Source: Clostridiales bacterium
Lineage (GTDB): Bacteria > Bacillota > Clostridia > Saccharofermentanales > Saccharofermentanaceae
Assembly (NCBI GenBank): GCA_017513085.1
Contig: JAFWDK010000010.1
Coordinates: 1-64,000, forward strand
Length of the DNA stretch: 64,000 bases
Direction: 5' to 3'
The position numbers were made by a program, and so were the translations under genes. Below are positions 41,680 to 51,584 of the stretch, in pieces; position 1 is the stretch's first letter; the number at the start of each line of letters is the position of its first letter. The notes under the pieces are model-generated. The model did not search any database. It worked only from the letters and a program-made list of their open reading frames with translations, and had not been told where the DNA came from.

Positions 41680-43476
41680 ATGAACGAGAAATATAAGAAT
41701 CTGATTTTTTCTCTGGCCGGAGCCCTGATCGTAACATTCTTATGCGGAGTCGGCATTTTCGACCGACCGGATAAGTGGGTTCAGGATGCTTTGTTTCAGA
41801 CACCTTATGCCGTTCCGGGAGACATCGTCATTGTCGGTATCGATGATAACGACCTTCGTAATTTCGGTCCGTATAACACGTGGGACCGTAGTATCATGGC
41901 GTCGGCGCTTGAACAGCTCGCCATTGATCCGAATAACAGGCCGGCTGTAGTGGCTATAGACTGTGTCTATACCGGATATACGAATGAAGAGTCCGACGCA
42001 AGACTTGTCGAGGCGGCTAAGAAACTCGGAAATGTAGTTACGGCAGGAAGCGCTGTTCTTGGTACGACCAGAACTTTCGGACCTCGTTCGGTTCTCTATG
42101 ATGATTATGCAGTCATAAATTATGACGCGCCTTACGATGAATTAAAAGCTGTGACCACCACAGGACACATCAATGTTATGTACGATACCGACGGTGTCCT
42201 TAGACATAGTGCTCTTTATCTGGAACCATACGGTGAACGTGTATATTCGTTTGCTTATGAAGCTGCAAGACTTTATGCTCAACAGAATGGACATGTGATC
42301 AAGGAACCTCCGCTTGATTCCCGTGGACAGTTTTTTGTGTCATACTCTGCCGAACCTTACGGATTTTACGAGGATATCACACTTGGAAAACTTATCCGTG
42401 GTGAAGTGTCTCCGGAATATTTCGCAGGTAAAGTGGTCCTTATCGGACCTTACGCAACAGGTATTACCGATTCCTATATTACGCCGATCGAGCATGCTGA
42501 CATGATGTACGGCGTAGAATTCCACGCCAACGTGATCCAGTGCCTGCTGGATGGAAACTATAAGGAAGAAGTACCGGACTATATCCAGCTCAGCGTGATG
42601 GGCCTGGTGTGCCTGGCGTTCTTTTATTTCTGCAATGACAAACGCCTTCTGATCGCTGTTCCGCTGCTTGTTGTTTTTGAAGCGCTGAGTATCGGCGGTT
42701 CGCTGCTTCTTTACCATTCCGGTTTGATCACTCATGCACTATGGCTTCCTGCAGGTATATTCCTTCTGTTCGTTGTCGCGGTGGCTACCAACTATATCCG
42801 CGCCGCGATCGCCCGGCAGAACGTAACTAAAACTTTTGAAAGATATGTTGCGCCGAATATCGTGAACGAGATCCTGAAAGAAGGTACGGACAGCCTGAGA
42901 CTGGGCGGAAAGCTTTGTAATATCGCAGTGCTTTTCGTGGATATACGTGGATTTACGACCATGTCGGAAAGACTTTCTCCGGAAGAAGTGGTGCATATCC
43001 TGAACCAGTATTTGTCCATGACCAGTGCCTGTATAGAGAATAACAAGGGGACACTCGATAAATTCGTAGGCGACGCCACGATGGCATTTTGGGGAGCTCC
43101 GCTTCCGGAAGAAGATCCGGTATATCTCGCTGCAAAGACGGCGCTCGACATTGTGGAAGGTGCAAAAGCTCTTTCTGCAAAGTTGAAGGCCGAGATCAAC
43201 GAAGAACTCAACGTCGGCGTCGGTGTTCACTATGGACCTGCGGTCGTCGGAAACATGGGTTCCGAAAAAAGAATGGACTATACTGCCATCGGCGATACGG
43301 TGAATACGGCAGCGCGGCTTGAGGCGAATGCACCGGGCGGCACAGTATATATCAGCCGTTCTGTGGCAAAAGAACTGGAAGGCCGCATGCGTTTTACTTC
43401 GCTGGGCGATTCCATCAAACTAAAAGGTAAGGCGGAAGGTTTTGAAGTGCTCCGTCTTATCGGTAAGGAGGAATAG
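41680..43476 (+). CDS. CHASE2-domain class III adenylate cyclase
   Basis: IVIVGIDD, DTDGVLR, GKVVLIG and YGVEFHAN (CHASE2); three TMs; FVDIRGFT, DKFVGDA and YTAIGDTVNTAARLE. Confidence 0.92.
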   Translation: MNEKYKNLIFSLAGALIVTFLCGVGIFDRPDKWVQDALFQTPYAVPGDIVIVGIDDNDLRNFGPYNTWDRSIMASALEQLAIDPNNRPAVVAIDCVYTGYTNEESDARLVEAAKKLGNVVTAGSAVLGTTRTFGPRSVLYDDYAVINYDAPYDELKAVTTTGHINVMYDTDGVLRHSALYLEPYGERVYSFAYEAARLYAQQNGHVIKEPPLDSRGQFFVSYSAEPYGFYEDITLGKLIRGEVSPEYFAGKVVLIGPYATGITDSYITPIEHADMMYGVEFHANVIQCLLDGNYKEEVPDYIQLSVMGLVCLAFFYFCNDKRLLIAVPLLVVFEALSIGGSLLLYHSGLITHALWLPAGIFLLFVVAVATNYIRAAIARQNVTKTFERYVAPNIVNEILKEGTDSLRLGGKLCNIAVLFVDIRGFTTMSERLSPEEVVHILNQYLSMTSACIENNKGTLDKFVGDATMAFWGAPLPEEDPVYLAAKTALDIVEGAKALSAKLKAEINEELNVGVGVHYGPAVVGNMGSEKRMDYTAIGDTVNTAARLEANAPGGTVYISRSVAKELEGRMRFTSLGDSIKLKGKAEGFEVLRLIGKEE

Positions 43477-43477
43477 A

Positions 43478-45190
43478 ATGCTTCGTTTTCTGGGAAGAGG
43501 GTCGGCATTTACAGATGAACATAACTGTGCTTTCTTTGAATCCGGACGGGATCTGGTGCTCCTGGATTGCCCGATGAGTGCTTACGTCAAATTGAAAAGA
43601 AAAGATCTCTCCTCATATGCACGTATTTTTGTTCTGGTGACGCATACACACGGCGACCATATCAGCGGAATCGGCATGCTGATCGACTATTGTTATTTCG
43701 TGATAAAGAACCAGGTGACGATCGTGGCCCCATCGAAGGAAGTGATGGAGGATCTATCCTATTTGCTTAGAAGGATCGAGGGATGCGGGGATGCCTGGTA
43801 CAGCCTGATCGAAACTGCAGATCTTCATGAACCCTGGTTTGACACGCAGATCGCAACCGTACATACGGAAGAACTTGCCGGTAAATGTTTCGGTTACAGT
43901 CTGAAGGTGGAGGGCGAAAGTGTAGTTTATACCGGAGATACCGGGGTGCTTGAGCCGTTCGAAAAATATGTAACGCAGGGTGGATACTTGTATATGGAGA
44001 TCTCCTCGGTTCAAACTCCGGTGCATCTTTATGTGGAAGACATAAGACCCAAAGTCGTTGATATGGTAAATGCGGGCGTGCATGTATTTCTCATGCACCT
44101 GGATGATGAAGGTAAGATCGAGACCATGATGAAAGGAACCGGCGCACAATTTGCGCCGCTGGATGAGATGAGTATGGAAGATAACGGAAAACTTTTGAAT
44201 GATATTTTCGGAATCACGGATAGCCTTTATAAGGATATGTGCATGAATGACAGGAAGGATCATGCGCTGATATTCTCCTACTTGACGGAGCTGGGAAAGA
44301 CGATCGTTGACGCGGATCGTGCAAGTTTCTGGAAGTGGGATAAGCGCAAGGGTGTCCTGTGGACGATGTCCGCAACGGGTGTGGATAAGATCGTGATCCC
44401 GGACAGTGCCGGTCTTGTCGGAAAGTCTCTTCGTGAAAAGAAGACGGTGATCACCAATGATCCGTACTCGGATCCGGACTTTAACAGAGAGGTCGATTTG
44501 AAGACAGGATACCGTACCAGATCTGTACTGGTCCTGCCGGTGGCAGATATCAACGGCAATTTCATCGGTGCACTTCAGCTTCTCAATAAAAACGATCCGA
44601 AAGGGTTTGACGAAGTGGAGGATTCGAAGAAACTCTCTTTGGCCGCGCTTGTCTGTGGTATCGCGCTTGAGTCGGAAACATTCCTTGAAGAATCACATCA
44701 TGATAAGCTTACGGGTTTGAAAAACCGAATGGGCTTCTATTACGATTTTGGCGGAAAGTTCAAGGAATACCTTCTCCCGCAATCCGGAAAGACAATGTCC
44801 GTCTTTATTTGCGATATCGATAAGTTCAAGAGAGTCAATGACACATATGGACATAACGCCGGAGACGATGTGCTGGCTTTTGCCTCTCATCTTGTCGAGT
44901 CTTTGTGTTCGGAGAACGATTCCGTCTATCGCTGGGGCGGAGAAGAATTTGTAATGGTGATGCGCGATACCGATCTGGAAGGCGCCGCAAAGAAAGCGGA
45001 AGAGGTCCGCGTGAAACTGATGAACTCGGATATTGACGCTGATGGTACTACGATCCGTTGCACGATGAGCTTCGGTTGTGCGCTTTTTGATCCGAATAAG
45101 TCGATCGAAGAAAATATCAGTGTAGCCGACGGGCGCCTGTATATCGCTAAAGAAACAGGACGTAACCGCGTCTGTAAAGAAGATTCGTAA
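43478..45190 (+). CDS. Metallo-beta-lactamase-fold hydrolase / GAF / GGDEF fusion protein
   Basis: FLGRGSAF, THTHGDH and YTGDT (MBL); DPYSDPDFNREVDLKTGYRT and QLLNK (GAF); DIDKFKRVND and RWGGEEF. Confidence 0.88.
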   Translation: MLRFLGRGSAFTDEHNCAFFESGRDLVLLDCPMSAYVKLKRKDLSSYARIFVLVTHTHGDHISGIGMLIDYCYFVIKNQVTIVAPSKEVMEDLSYLLRRIEGCGDAWYSLIETADLHEPWFDTQIATVHTEELAGKCFGYSLKVEGESVVYTGDTGVLEPFEKYVTQGGYLYMEISSVQTPVHLYVEDIRPKVVDMVNAGVHVFLMHLDDEGKIETMMKGTGAQFAPLDEMSMEDNGKLLNDIFGITDSLYKDMCMNDRKDHALIFSYLTELGKTIVDADRASFWKWDKRKGVLWTMSATGVDKIVIPDSAGLVGKSLREKKTVITNDPYSDPDFNREVDLKTGYRTRSVLVLPVADINGNFIGALQLLNKNDPKGFDEVEDSKKLSLAALVCGIALESETFLEESHHDKLTGLKNRMGFYYDFGGKFKEYLLPQSGKTMSVFICDIDKFKRVNDTYGHNAGDDVLAFASHLVESLCSENDSVYRWGGEEFVMVMRDTDLEGAAKKAEEVRVKLMNSDIDADGTTIRCTMSFGCALFDPNKSIEENISVADGRLYIAKETGRNRVCKEDS

Positions 45191-45218
45191 AGCGGCAAGC
45201 GGAAAAAAATAAACCCGA

Positions 45219-45261
45219 GAAAGTGACTGCGTTCATAGTTACATATGACTGCAGTCACTTT
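45219..45261. repeat. Palindromic element after the GGDEF gene
   Basis: AAAGTGACTGC...GCAGTCACTTT arms; nearly identical to the hairpin at 28964. Confidence 0.55.
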
Positions 45262-45325
45262 GTCATGTAAAGAGAAAAACTTATCATTTAAGGTGAAAAA
45301 ACCGAAACAGAATGTTAAGAGGTAA

Positions 45326-45763
45326 ATGACAATGAGAAAAAAGATGATGATCGTGAGTGCTTTGTTTTTGTGCCTGTTAAGCTTCGCTCTTTCTGGGTGT
45401 GACAAGTATGTTTCCAGTTGCAGAGTAATGGCCTGTGTGCAGACAAATACGTCGTCAAAAGCATCTGTAAGTTTCAGTAAGCTGACGGGTAAGATGGTGT
45501 ACAAATTGAAGACCGATACTACGAAAGTCATACACTACACAGGAGAACTGAATTCCGGCAGTATCACGGTTTACTATGATACGGACGGAACAAAGAAGGA
45601 AATGTTTACCATCAAAGCGGGAGAAAATGTAGATGCAACGCTCGGTTCGCTTCAGAAAGGAACGACTTATGTCATTCTCGAGACGAATGAGAAGAGCTCG
45701 AACGGGTCTTTCTGTTTCGAGGTCGAGTCTTCGGGAAGTGCCGAATCTGAGAATGACGATTGA
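45326..45763 (+). CDS. Hypothetical lipoprotein
   Basis: Lipobox LSGC after a hydrophobic signal. Confidence 0.75.
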   Translation: MTMRKKMMIVSALFLCLLSFALSGCDKYVSSCRVMACVQTNTSSKASVSFSKLTGKMVYKLKTDTTKVIHYTGELNSGSITVYYDTDGTKKEMFTIKAGENVDATLGSLQKGTTYVILETNEKSSNGSFCFEVESSGSAESENDD

Positions 45764-46018
45764 CTGATCCCCTCGCTTTCCTTGATAAAAAACGGACGAA
45801 ACGATATACTGATTTTGTTAGGAATAATGACTGTCCGGACGAAAAAGGCATAGACGATCATGGCGCATTTCGTTTGTGAATGGTTCACGGACGGATGCGC
45901 TTTTGACTATAAAACAGAACAAAATCTGATATACGCAAAGTCGATTTATAAGAAGTTAACAGTAGTGTGAAATGCTAGGATTAACTTAGTATGTAGATGT
46001 CGAGGAAAGGATGCTCAT

Positions 46019-47194
46019 ATGGAAAATTTTGAGTTTTATTCTCCAACATGTTTTGTATTCGGAAAAGAGACGGAAAACCGTGCCGGTGAATATGTTAAGC
46101 GTTTTGGCGGTACGAAAGTGCTTATCCATTATGGTGGTGGCAGCGTCGTTCGTTCCGGCCTTTTAGATCGTGTCAAAGCTTCTCTTGATCGCGAGTCGAT
46201 TCCTTATGTGGAACTCGGTGGCGTTAAACCCAATCCGAGAAGCGGACTTGTTTATGAAGGCATTGAGCTTTGCAGAAAAGAGAAAGTTGATTTTGTATTG
46301 GCTGTAGGTGGCGGAAGTACGATCGATTCTTCCAAGGCGATTGCAGCCGGAGTGGTATATGACGGTGATTTCTGGGATTTTTACCAAGGCAAGCGGATCG
46401 AGAAAGCGTTGAGTGTGGGTACGATCCTGACTATTGCGGCTGCCGGAAGTGAAGGAAGCCCGGATACCGTCATTACCAAAGAAGAAGGTATGTTCAAGCG
46501 GGGAGCCAGCGGCGATGCCATTCGCCCGAAATTCAGTATTCTCAATCCTGCTCTGACACAGACGCTTCCTGCTTATCAGACTGCAGCAGGTATCACGGAT
46601 ATCATGGCTCACTTATATGAGCGCTATCTGACGAACAGTGAGGAAGTCGAGGTGACTGACCGGCTGATCGAAGCTTTGCTTCTGACAATGGTTCATGAAG
46701 GACCGAGAGTTATCGCGGATCCGGATAACTATGATGCCAGAGCGAATATTATGTGGGCCGGAATGGTGGCACATAATAATACATGCGGTGTCGGACGCAG
46801 CCAGGACTGGCTGAGCCATACGATCGAGCACGAGCTTTCTGCATTATACGATTGTGCGCATGGCGCAGGTCTTGCAGTAACCATGCCCGCTGTTTTTACC
46901 TATGAAATGTCTCATAATGTGATGCGCTTCGCCCAGGTTGCTGTACGTGTCTGGGGATGTCAGATGGATTTTGCGCATCCGGAAGTCACTGCTAAAGCGG
47001 GAATCGAAGCGTTCCGCAATTTCCTGATCTCTATCGGGATGCCGAAGAACTTCGAGGAGCTTGGTGCGAAGGAAGAGGATATTCCGAAACTGGTGAATGT
47101 CCTCTGCAGAGGTGATGGCCGTGACGGAACGATTTCCGGCTTCATCACTCTTAACGAAGATGACTGCACTAAAATCTATAAGATGATGGTGTAA
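46019..47194 (+). CDS. Iron-containing alcohol dehydrogenase (BdhA/YugJ-like)
   Basis: GGGSV, AVGGGSTIDSSK, AAGSE, DIMAH, HTIEHELS and HGAGLA motifs. Confidence 0.92.
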   Translation: MENFEFYSPTCFVFGKETENRAGEYVKRFGGTKVLIHYGGGSVVRSGLLDRVKASLDRESIPYVELGGVKPNPRSGLVYEGIELCRKEKVDFVLAVGGGSTIDSSKAIAAGVVYDGDFWDFYQGKRIEKALSVGTILTIAAAGSEGSPDTVITKEEGMFKRGASGDAIRPKFSILNPALTQTLPAYQTAAGITDIMAHLYERYLTNSEEVEVTDRLIEALLLTMVHEGPRVIADPDNYDARANIMWAGMVAHNNTCGVGRSQDWLSHTIEHELSALYDCAHGAGLAVTMPAVFTYEMSHNVMRFAQVAVRVWGCQMDFAHPEVTAKAGIEAFRNFLISIGMPKNFEELGAKEEDIPKLVNVLCRGDGRDGTISGFITLNEDDCTKIYKMMV

Positions 47195-47199
47195 GTTAT

Positions 47200-48093
47200 A
47201 TGGATTACAGCCATTACGAAAACTTTGATTTTGACAGAATTAGTGCCTTTAACATGTCCACGGGTTTTAAGGACAGGAGCTATAAGATGCACTGGCATTC
47301 TTATGGCGAAATCCTTCTCGTTGGTCCGGGCGAAACGAACATCTTTAGGGTAAATCAAAGTACCTACAACCTCAAGGAAGGGGACTTCGTATTGGTTTGG
47401 CCGATGGAAATGCATGCTATCCTTGATGCGGATCGGGAACACTCACTAGTGATTCAGTTCAGTAATGCCTTTATGAATTCGCTACTCGATCTTCAGAGGA
47501 TCATGCATTTCTATCGTAATCTCCACGTGATCGAGCGAAGCGCGCATCCTCATCTTTCTGCAAAACTTCTGACTTTAGTCTATAAGATGAGAGATGTATT
47601 CTTTTCGGAAACTCCCGATCGGGAATTACGGTGCTGTATGCTGTTCATGGAGTTTGTGCTTGCTATGGATGAGCATCGTGAAGAGTTTTCTTCCGAGCTG
47701 GCTCCGGGTGGCAGAAACAGTTTTAACGATGATGTGATGCGTCGTATGCTTATGGTTACCGAATACATAAAGAATAATCTTACTTCGGATGATCTTTCCC
47801 AGCAGACTATGGCTGATATGGCCGGTATCAGCAAGGATTATTTTTCCAGAATATTCAAGAATGTGACCGGCATGAATTACAGTAAGTGGCTGAATATGAT
47901 CCGCTTGGAGAAAGCAACGGAGCTTCTTTCCCAGAATGATATGACACTTACGCAGGTGGCCATGCTTTCCGGATTCCGTAGTATTCCCAGCTTTAACCGG
48001 GTTTTTTACGAAGAAAAAGGTATGGCACCGGGAGAATACAGAAGTCTTTTCGTGAGTGGCCGAAATCCTGAACAGGAAACAAATCAGAGATAA
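47200..48093 (+). CDS. AraC-family regulator with a cupin sensor domain
   Basis: MHWH cupin motif; YFSRIFK, IRLEKA, SGF.SIPSFNRVF and PGEYR motifs. Confidence 0.92.
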   Translation: MDYSHYENFDFDRISAFNMSTGFKDRSYKMHWHSYGEILLVGPGETNIFRVNQSTYNLKEGDFVLVWPMEMHAILDADREHSLVIQFSNAFMNSLLDLQRIMHFYRNLHVIERSAHPHLSAKLLTLVYKMRDVFFSETPDRELRCCMLFMEFVLAMDEHREEFSSELAPGGRNSFNDDVMRRMLMVTEYIKNNLTSDDLSQQTMADMAGISKDYFSRIFKNVTGMNYSKWLNMIRLEKATELLSQNDMTLTQVAMLSGFRSIPSFNRVFYEEKGMAPGEYRSLFVSGRNPEQETNQR

Positions 48094-48132
48094 GACCGTT
48101 CTAGACCCAAATATACGAAACGGGGTACATAT

Positions 48133-49335
48133 ATGGATATTTCGCACAGAAAAGTCAGTAAACGAGTGCTTTTTAAATCGTCGACCGGTGAGCCGCTGGT
48201 GAATAAAAAAGTGCATGTACAGCAGACAAAGCATGATTTCCTGTTCGGATGTGGTGCTTTTGTTTTCCTGCCGTATCTTATAAAGGATGAACAAGAATAC
48301 CAAAAAGTAACCGAGAGTTGGCTGGATATCTTCAATTACGGGACGTTGCCTTTTTACTGGGGACAGTTTGAAAAAGAAGAAGGAAACCCGAATACCGAGA
48401 CGTTGATGAAGACAGCGAAGTATCTTCAGAGTAAAGGCGTAACGGTGAAGGGACATCCGTTATGCTGGCACACGGCCTGTGCAGACTGGCTGATGAAGTA
48501 TGACAATAAGACGATCCTGGAGAAACAACTGGCACGTATCGACCGTGAAGTCATCGGATTTAAAGGTGTGATCGATATGTGGGATGTCATTAACGAAGTC
48601 GTGATCATGCCGATCTTTGACAAATATGACAATGCCATTACCAGACTCTGTAAAGAGCATGGAAGAGTCGGTCTGATCAAGAAAGTTTTCGATGAAGCGC
48701 ACGCGGCAAATCCTAATGCTGTGTTGCTCATCAATGATTTCAATACGTCTACGAATTATGAGATCCTTATTGACGGATGTTTGAATGCGGGTGTACCGAT
48801 CAGCGCGATCGGGATCCAGTCTCACCAGCATCAGGGATACTGGGGAAAAGAAAAACTTGAAGAAGTCCTCGCGCGTTACGAACATTTCGGTCTTCCGATC
48901 CATTTTACGGAAAATACATTGATCTCCGGAGAGATCATGCCACCGCATATTGTCGATCTTAATGACTGGAAAGTCGAGAAGTGGCCGACAACTCCGGAGG
49001 GAGAAGAGAGACAGGCACGGGAAATCGAAGAGATGTACCGTATTCTTTTTTCTCATCCTCTTGTTTCTGCCATTACAACGTGGGATTATCGTGACGGCGC
49101 ATGGCTGCATGCACCGAGTGGTTTTATCCGCGAGGATAATACACTGAAACCGTCTTATACCATGTTGAAGGACCTGGTCAAGAAGGAATGGTGGACCGAT
49201 ACAGACGTAGTAACTGATAAAAACGGCTACGCTGTGGTGGATGCTTTTAAAGGTGAATATGATCTTTCTTCGGAAGGACACACTGCAAAAGCTGTTTTGA
49301 CAGACAATGAGGGTATGGAAATCACGCTTGCCTAA
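48133..49335 (+). CDS. Glycoside hydrolase family 10 (xylanase-like), no signal peptide
   Basis: KGHPLCWH, WDVINE (acid/base), INDF, GIQSH and HFTE (nucleophile). Confidence 0.88.
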   Translation: MDISHRKVSKRVLFKSSTGEPLVNKKVHVQQTKHDFLFGCGAFVFLPYLIKDEQEYQKVTESWLDIFNYGTLPFYWGQFEKEEGNPNTETLMKTAKYLQSKGVTVKGHPLCWHTACADWLMKYDNKTILEKQLARIDREVIGFKGVIDMWDVINEVVIMPIFDKYDNAITRLCKEHGRVGLIKKVFDEAHAANPNAVLLINDFNTSTNYEILIDGCLNAGVPISAIGIQSHQHQGYWGKEKLEEVLARYEHFGLPIHFTENTLISGEIMPPHIVDLNDWKVEKWPTTPEGEERQAREIEEMYRILFSHPLVSAITTWDYRDGAWLHAPSGFIREDNTLKPSYTMLKDLVKKEWWTDTDVVTDKNGYAVVDAFKGEYDLSSEGHTAKAVLTDNEGMEITLA

Positions 49336-49376
49336 GCGGACAGGAAACAGTTTTCAAGAAGAAAAGGAGAATCACT

Positions 49377-50495
49377 ATGAGTATCGATCTTTCCAAAATG
49401 CCGAAATTAGGATTCGGTCTGATGAGACTTCCGGAAAATGAGGGAGTCATCGATCACGAACATGTCTGCCGTATGGTGGATAAGTATATGCAGGCTGGTA
49501 TGAATTATTTTGATACCGCATATGTTTATCACGGAGGAAAGTCCGAGGTGGCGGCCAGAGAGGCTTTGGTGAAACGTTATCCGAGAGAGAGCTTTATGCT
49601 CGCAACCAAGCTTCCGGCATGGGAAATCAAGAAAGAAGAGGACATTGAACGGATCTTTGAAGAGCAGTTGGCACGTGCAGGTGTCGACTATTTTGATTTC
49701 TATCTCCTTCACTCCCTTGAAGACGGAAACAACTACGATACATATGTGAAGTATGACTGCTTTGACTGGTGTATGAAGAGAAAAGCCGAAGGGAAGATCA
49801 AACATTTCGGTTTTTCCTTCCATGGCAGCCCTGAGCTCCTTTCGGAAGTTTTGGATCTTCATCCGGAAGTGGAATTTGTTCAGATCCAACTGAATTATCT
49901 GGATCGGAGCAATCCGGTGGTTCGTTCTCAGGAGCTCTACGATATCCTTCATGAAAGAAATATCCCGATCATCGTCATGGAGCCGATCCGTGGAGGAATG
50001 CTGGCGAATATGGCGCCTGAGATCGAAGAAAAGTTTAAAGCAAGACGACCGGATAAATCAGTGGCTTCCTGGGCCTTACGCTTTGTCGGCTCTTTGCCCG
50101 GTGTAATGACGATCCTTTCCGGAATGTCTAGCGAGGAGCAGATGGACGATAATATCGGCACGTTTACCGGTTTTGAGAAATTGTCTTCAGATGAAATGGA
50201 AATCGTGGATCAGGTTACTTCGGATCTTCTCAGTATGCCTCAGATTGGTTGCACGGCCTGTAAGTATTGCTGTGACGGCTGTCCGATGCACATCAGTATT
50301 CCGGATGTGTTCCGCACGATCAATACGCTCCGCCGTTATCCGGATGATTGGAGATCGAAGAATTTTTATTCCGGAGTGGTTTCCCGTTCCGGAAAAGCAT
50401 CCGACTGTATCGGATGCGGACAGTGTGAGGGTGTATGCCCGCAGCATCTGCCTATCATAGAACTGTTGAAAGAAGCAGCGTCGATCCTGGATTGA
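49377..50495 (+). CDS. Aldo/keto reductase with a C-terminal 4Fe-4S dicluster domain
   Basis: LGFGLMRLP, YFDTAYVY, ATKLP, YLLH; CTACKYC..CP and CIGCGQCEGVCPQ. Confidence 0.92.
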   Translation: MSIDLSKMPKLGFGLMRLPENEGVIDHEHVCRMVDKYMQAGMNYFDTAYVYHGGKSEVAAREALVKRYPRESFMLATKLPAWEIKKEEDIERIFEEQLARAGVDYFDFYLLHSLEDGNNYDTYVKYDCFDWCMKRKAEGKIKHFGFSFHGSPELLSEVLDLHPEVEFVQIQLNYLDRSNPVVRSQELYDILHERNIPIIVMEPIRGGMLANMAPEIEEKFKARRPDKSVASWALRFVGSLPGVMTILSGMSSEEQMDDNIGTFTGFEKLSSDEMEIVDQVTSDLLSMPQIGCTACKYCCDGCPMHISIPDVFRTINTLRRYPDDWRSKNFYSGVVSRSGKASDCIGCGQCEGVCPQHLPIIELLKEAASILD

Positions 50496-50533
50496 TCCTT
50501 GAAAGACATGGAAGCAGTGAAAAGGGTGTAATT

Positions 50534-51565
50534 ATGAAAAAGAGAGCTTTATTTATCGGTGGTACAGGAACGATCAGCACAGCGATCGTAAAAAGACTTG
50601 TCAAGGATCTTGACTGGGACGTATGGGTATTGAATCGTGGAAATCGTGCAAGTGTGCTGCCGGAAGAGGTTCACCAGATCATCGTGGACATTAACGATGA
50701 AAAGGCGGTGCTGGACAAATTAGGTGACATGACGTTTGATTCGATCTGCGAGTTTATCGGCTTTACAGTACCGCAAGTCGAGCGGGATTTCCGACTGTTT
50801 AAAAGAAGGACCAAACAGTATATCTATACCAGTTCTGCTTCGGCCTACCATAAGCCTGCTTCCGGTTACATCATTACGGAAGGAACTGCGCTTAGCAACC
50901 CGTATTGGCAGTATTCCAGAGATAAGATCGCCTGTGAAGAATTCCTTATGAAGAAATATAAAGAAGACGGATTCCCGGTAACGATCGTACGTCCGAGCCA
51001 TACCTATGATGAGAGAAATGTTCCGCTGGGCGTACATGGAAAGAACGGTTTTTGGCAGGTCATTAAGAGAATGCAGGAAGGAAAGCCTGTCATTATTCAA
51101 GGAGACGGTTCCAGCCTTTGGACGCTGACCTGGAATGCAGATTTTGCTATCGGTTATACCGGCCTAATGGGAAATCGTCATGCTATCGGAGAAGCTTTTC
51201 AGATCACTTCGGATGAGGTGCTCACCTGGGATCAGGTCTATGCGACGATAGCCGATGCACTGGGCGTCGAGCTGAATGCATATTATGTATCCACCGACTT
51301 CCTGCGTGCGGTGGGGGATCCTTGCGGATTCGATTATACCGGATCGCTTCTGGGCGATAAATCTGTTTCTGTGGTTTTTGATAATGCAAAACTTAAACGA
51401 GTCGTCCCGGACATGCAAACGAATGTAAGGTTTGATATGGGCGTACGTATTGCTTTGGATTATGTTCTTTCCCATCCGCAAGAGTGTCAGATCGAAGATC
51501 CGGAATTTGATTCCTGGTGTGATAAGGTGATCGATACGATTGAAAAAGCAAAAGCGTCTTTTTGA
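50534..51565 (+). CDS. Atypical SDR / NAD-dependent epimerase-dehydratase
   Basis: FIGGTGTIS, NRG, SSASAY, YSRDKIACE and VRPSHTY motifs. Confidence 0.88.
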   Translation: MKKRALFIGGTGTISTAIVKRLVKDLDWDVWVLNRGNRASVLPEEVHQIIVDINDEKAVLDKLGDMTFDSICEFIGFTVPQVERDFRLFKRRTKQYIYTSSASAYHKPASGYIITEGTALSNPYWQYSRDKIACEEFLMKKYKEDGFPVTIVRPSHTYDERNVPLGVHGKNGFWQVIKRMQEGKPVIIQGDGSSLWTLTWNADFAIGYTGLMGNRHAIGEAFQITSDEVLTWDQVYATIADALGVELNAYYVSTDFLRAVGDPCGFDYTGSLLGDKSVSVVFDNAKLKRVVPDMQTNVRFDMGVRIALDYVLSHPQECQIEDPEFDSWCDKVIDTIEKAKASF

Positions 51566-51584
51566 TGAAAGGAGTGTGCCGGTT

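Noticed and set aside
40663-41803. Antisense GVGVDV-repeat and Arg-rich ORFs
   Set aside because: These are shadow frames of the Pro/Thr repeat on the plus strand
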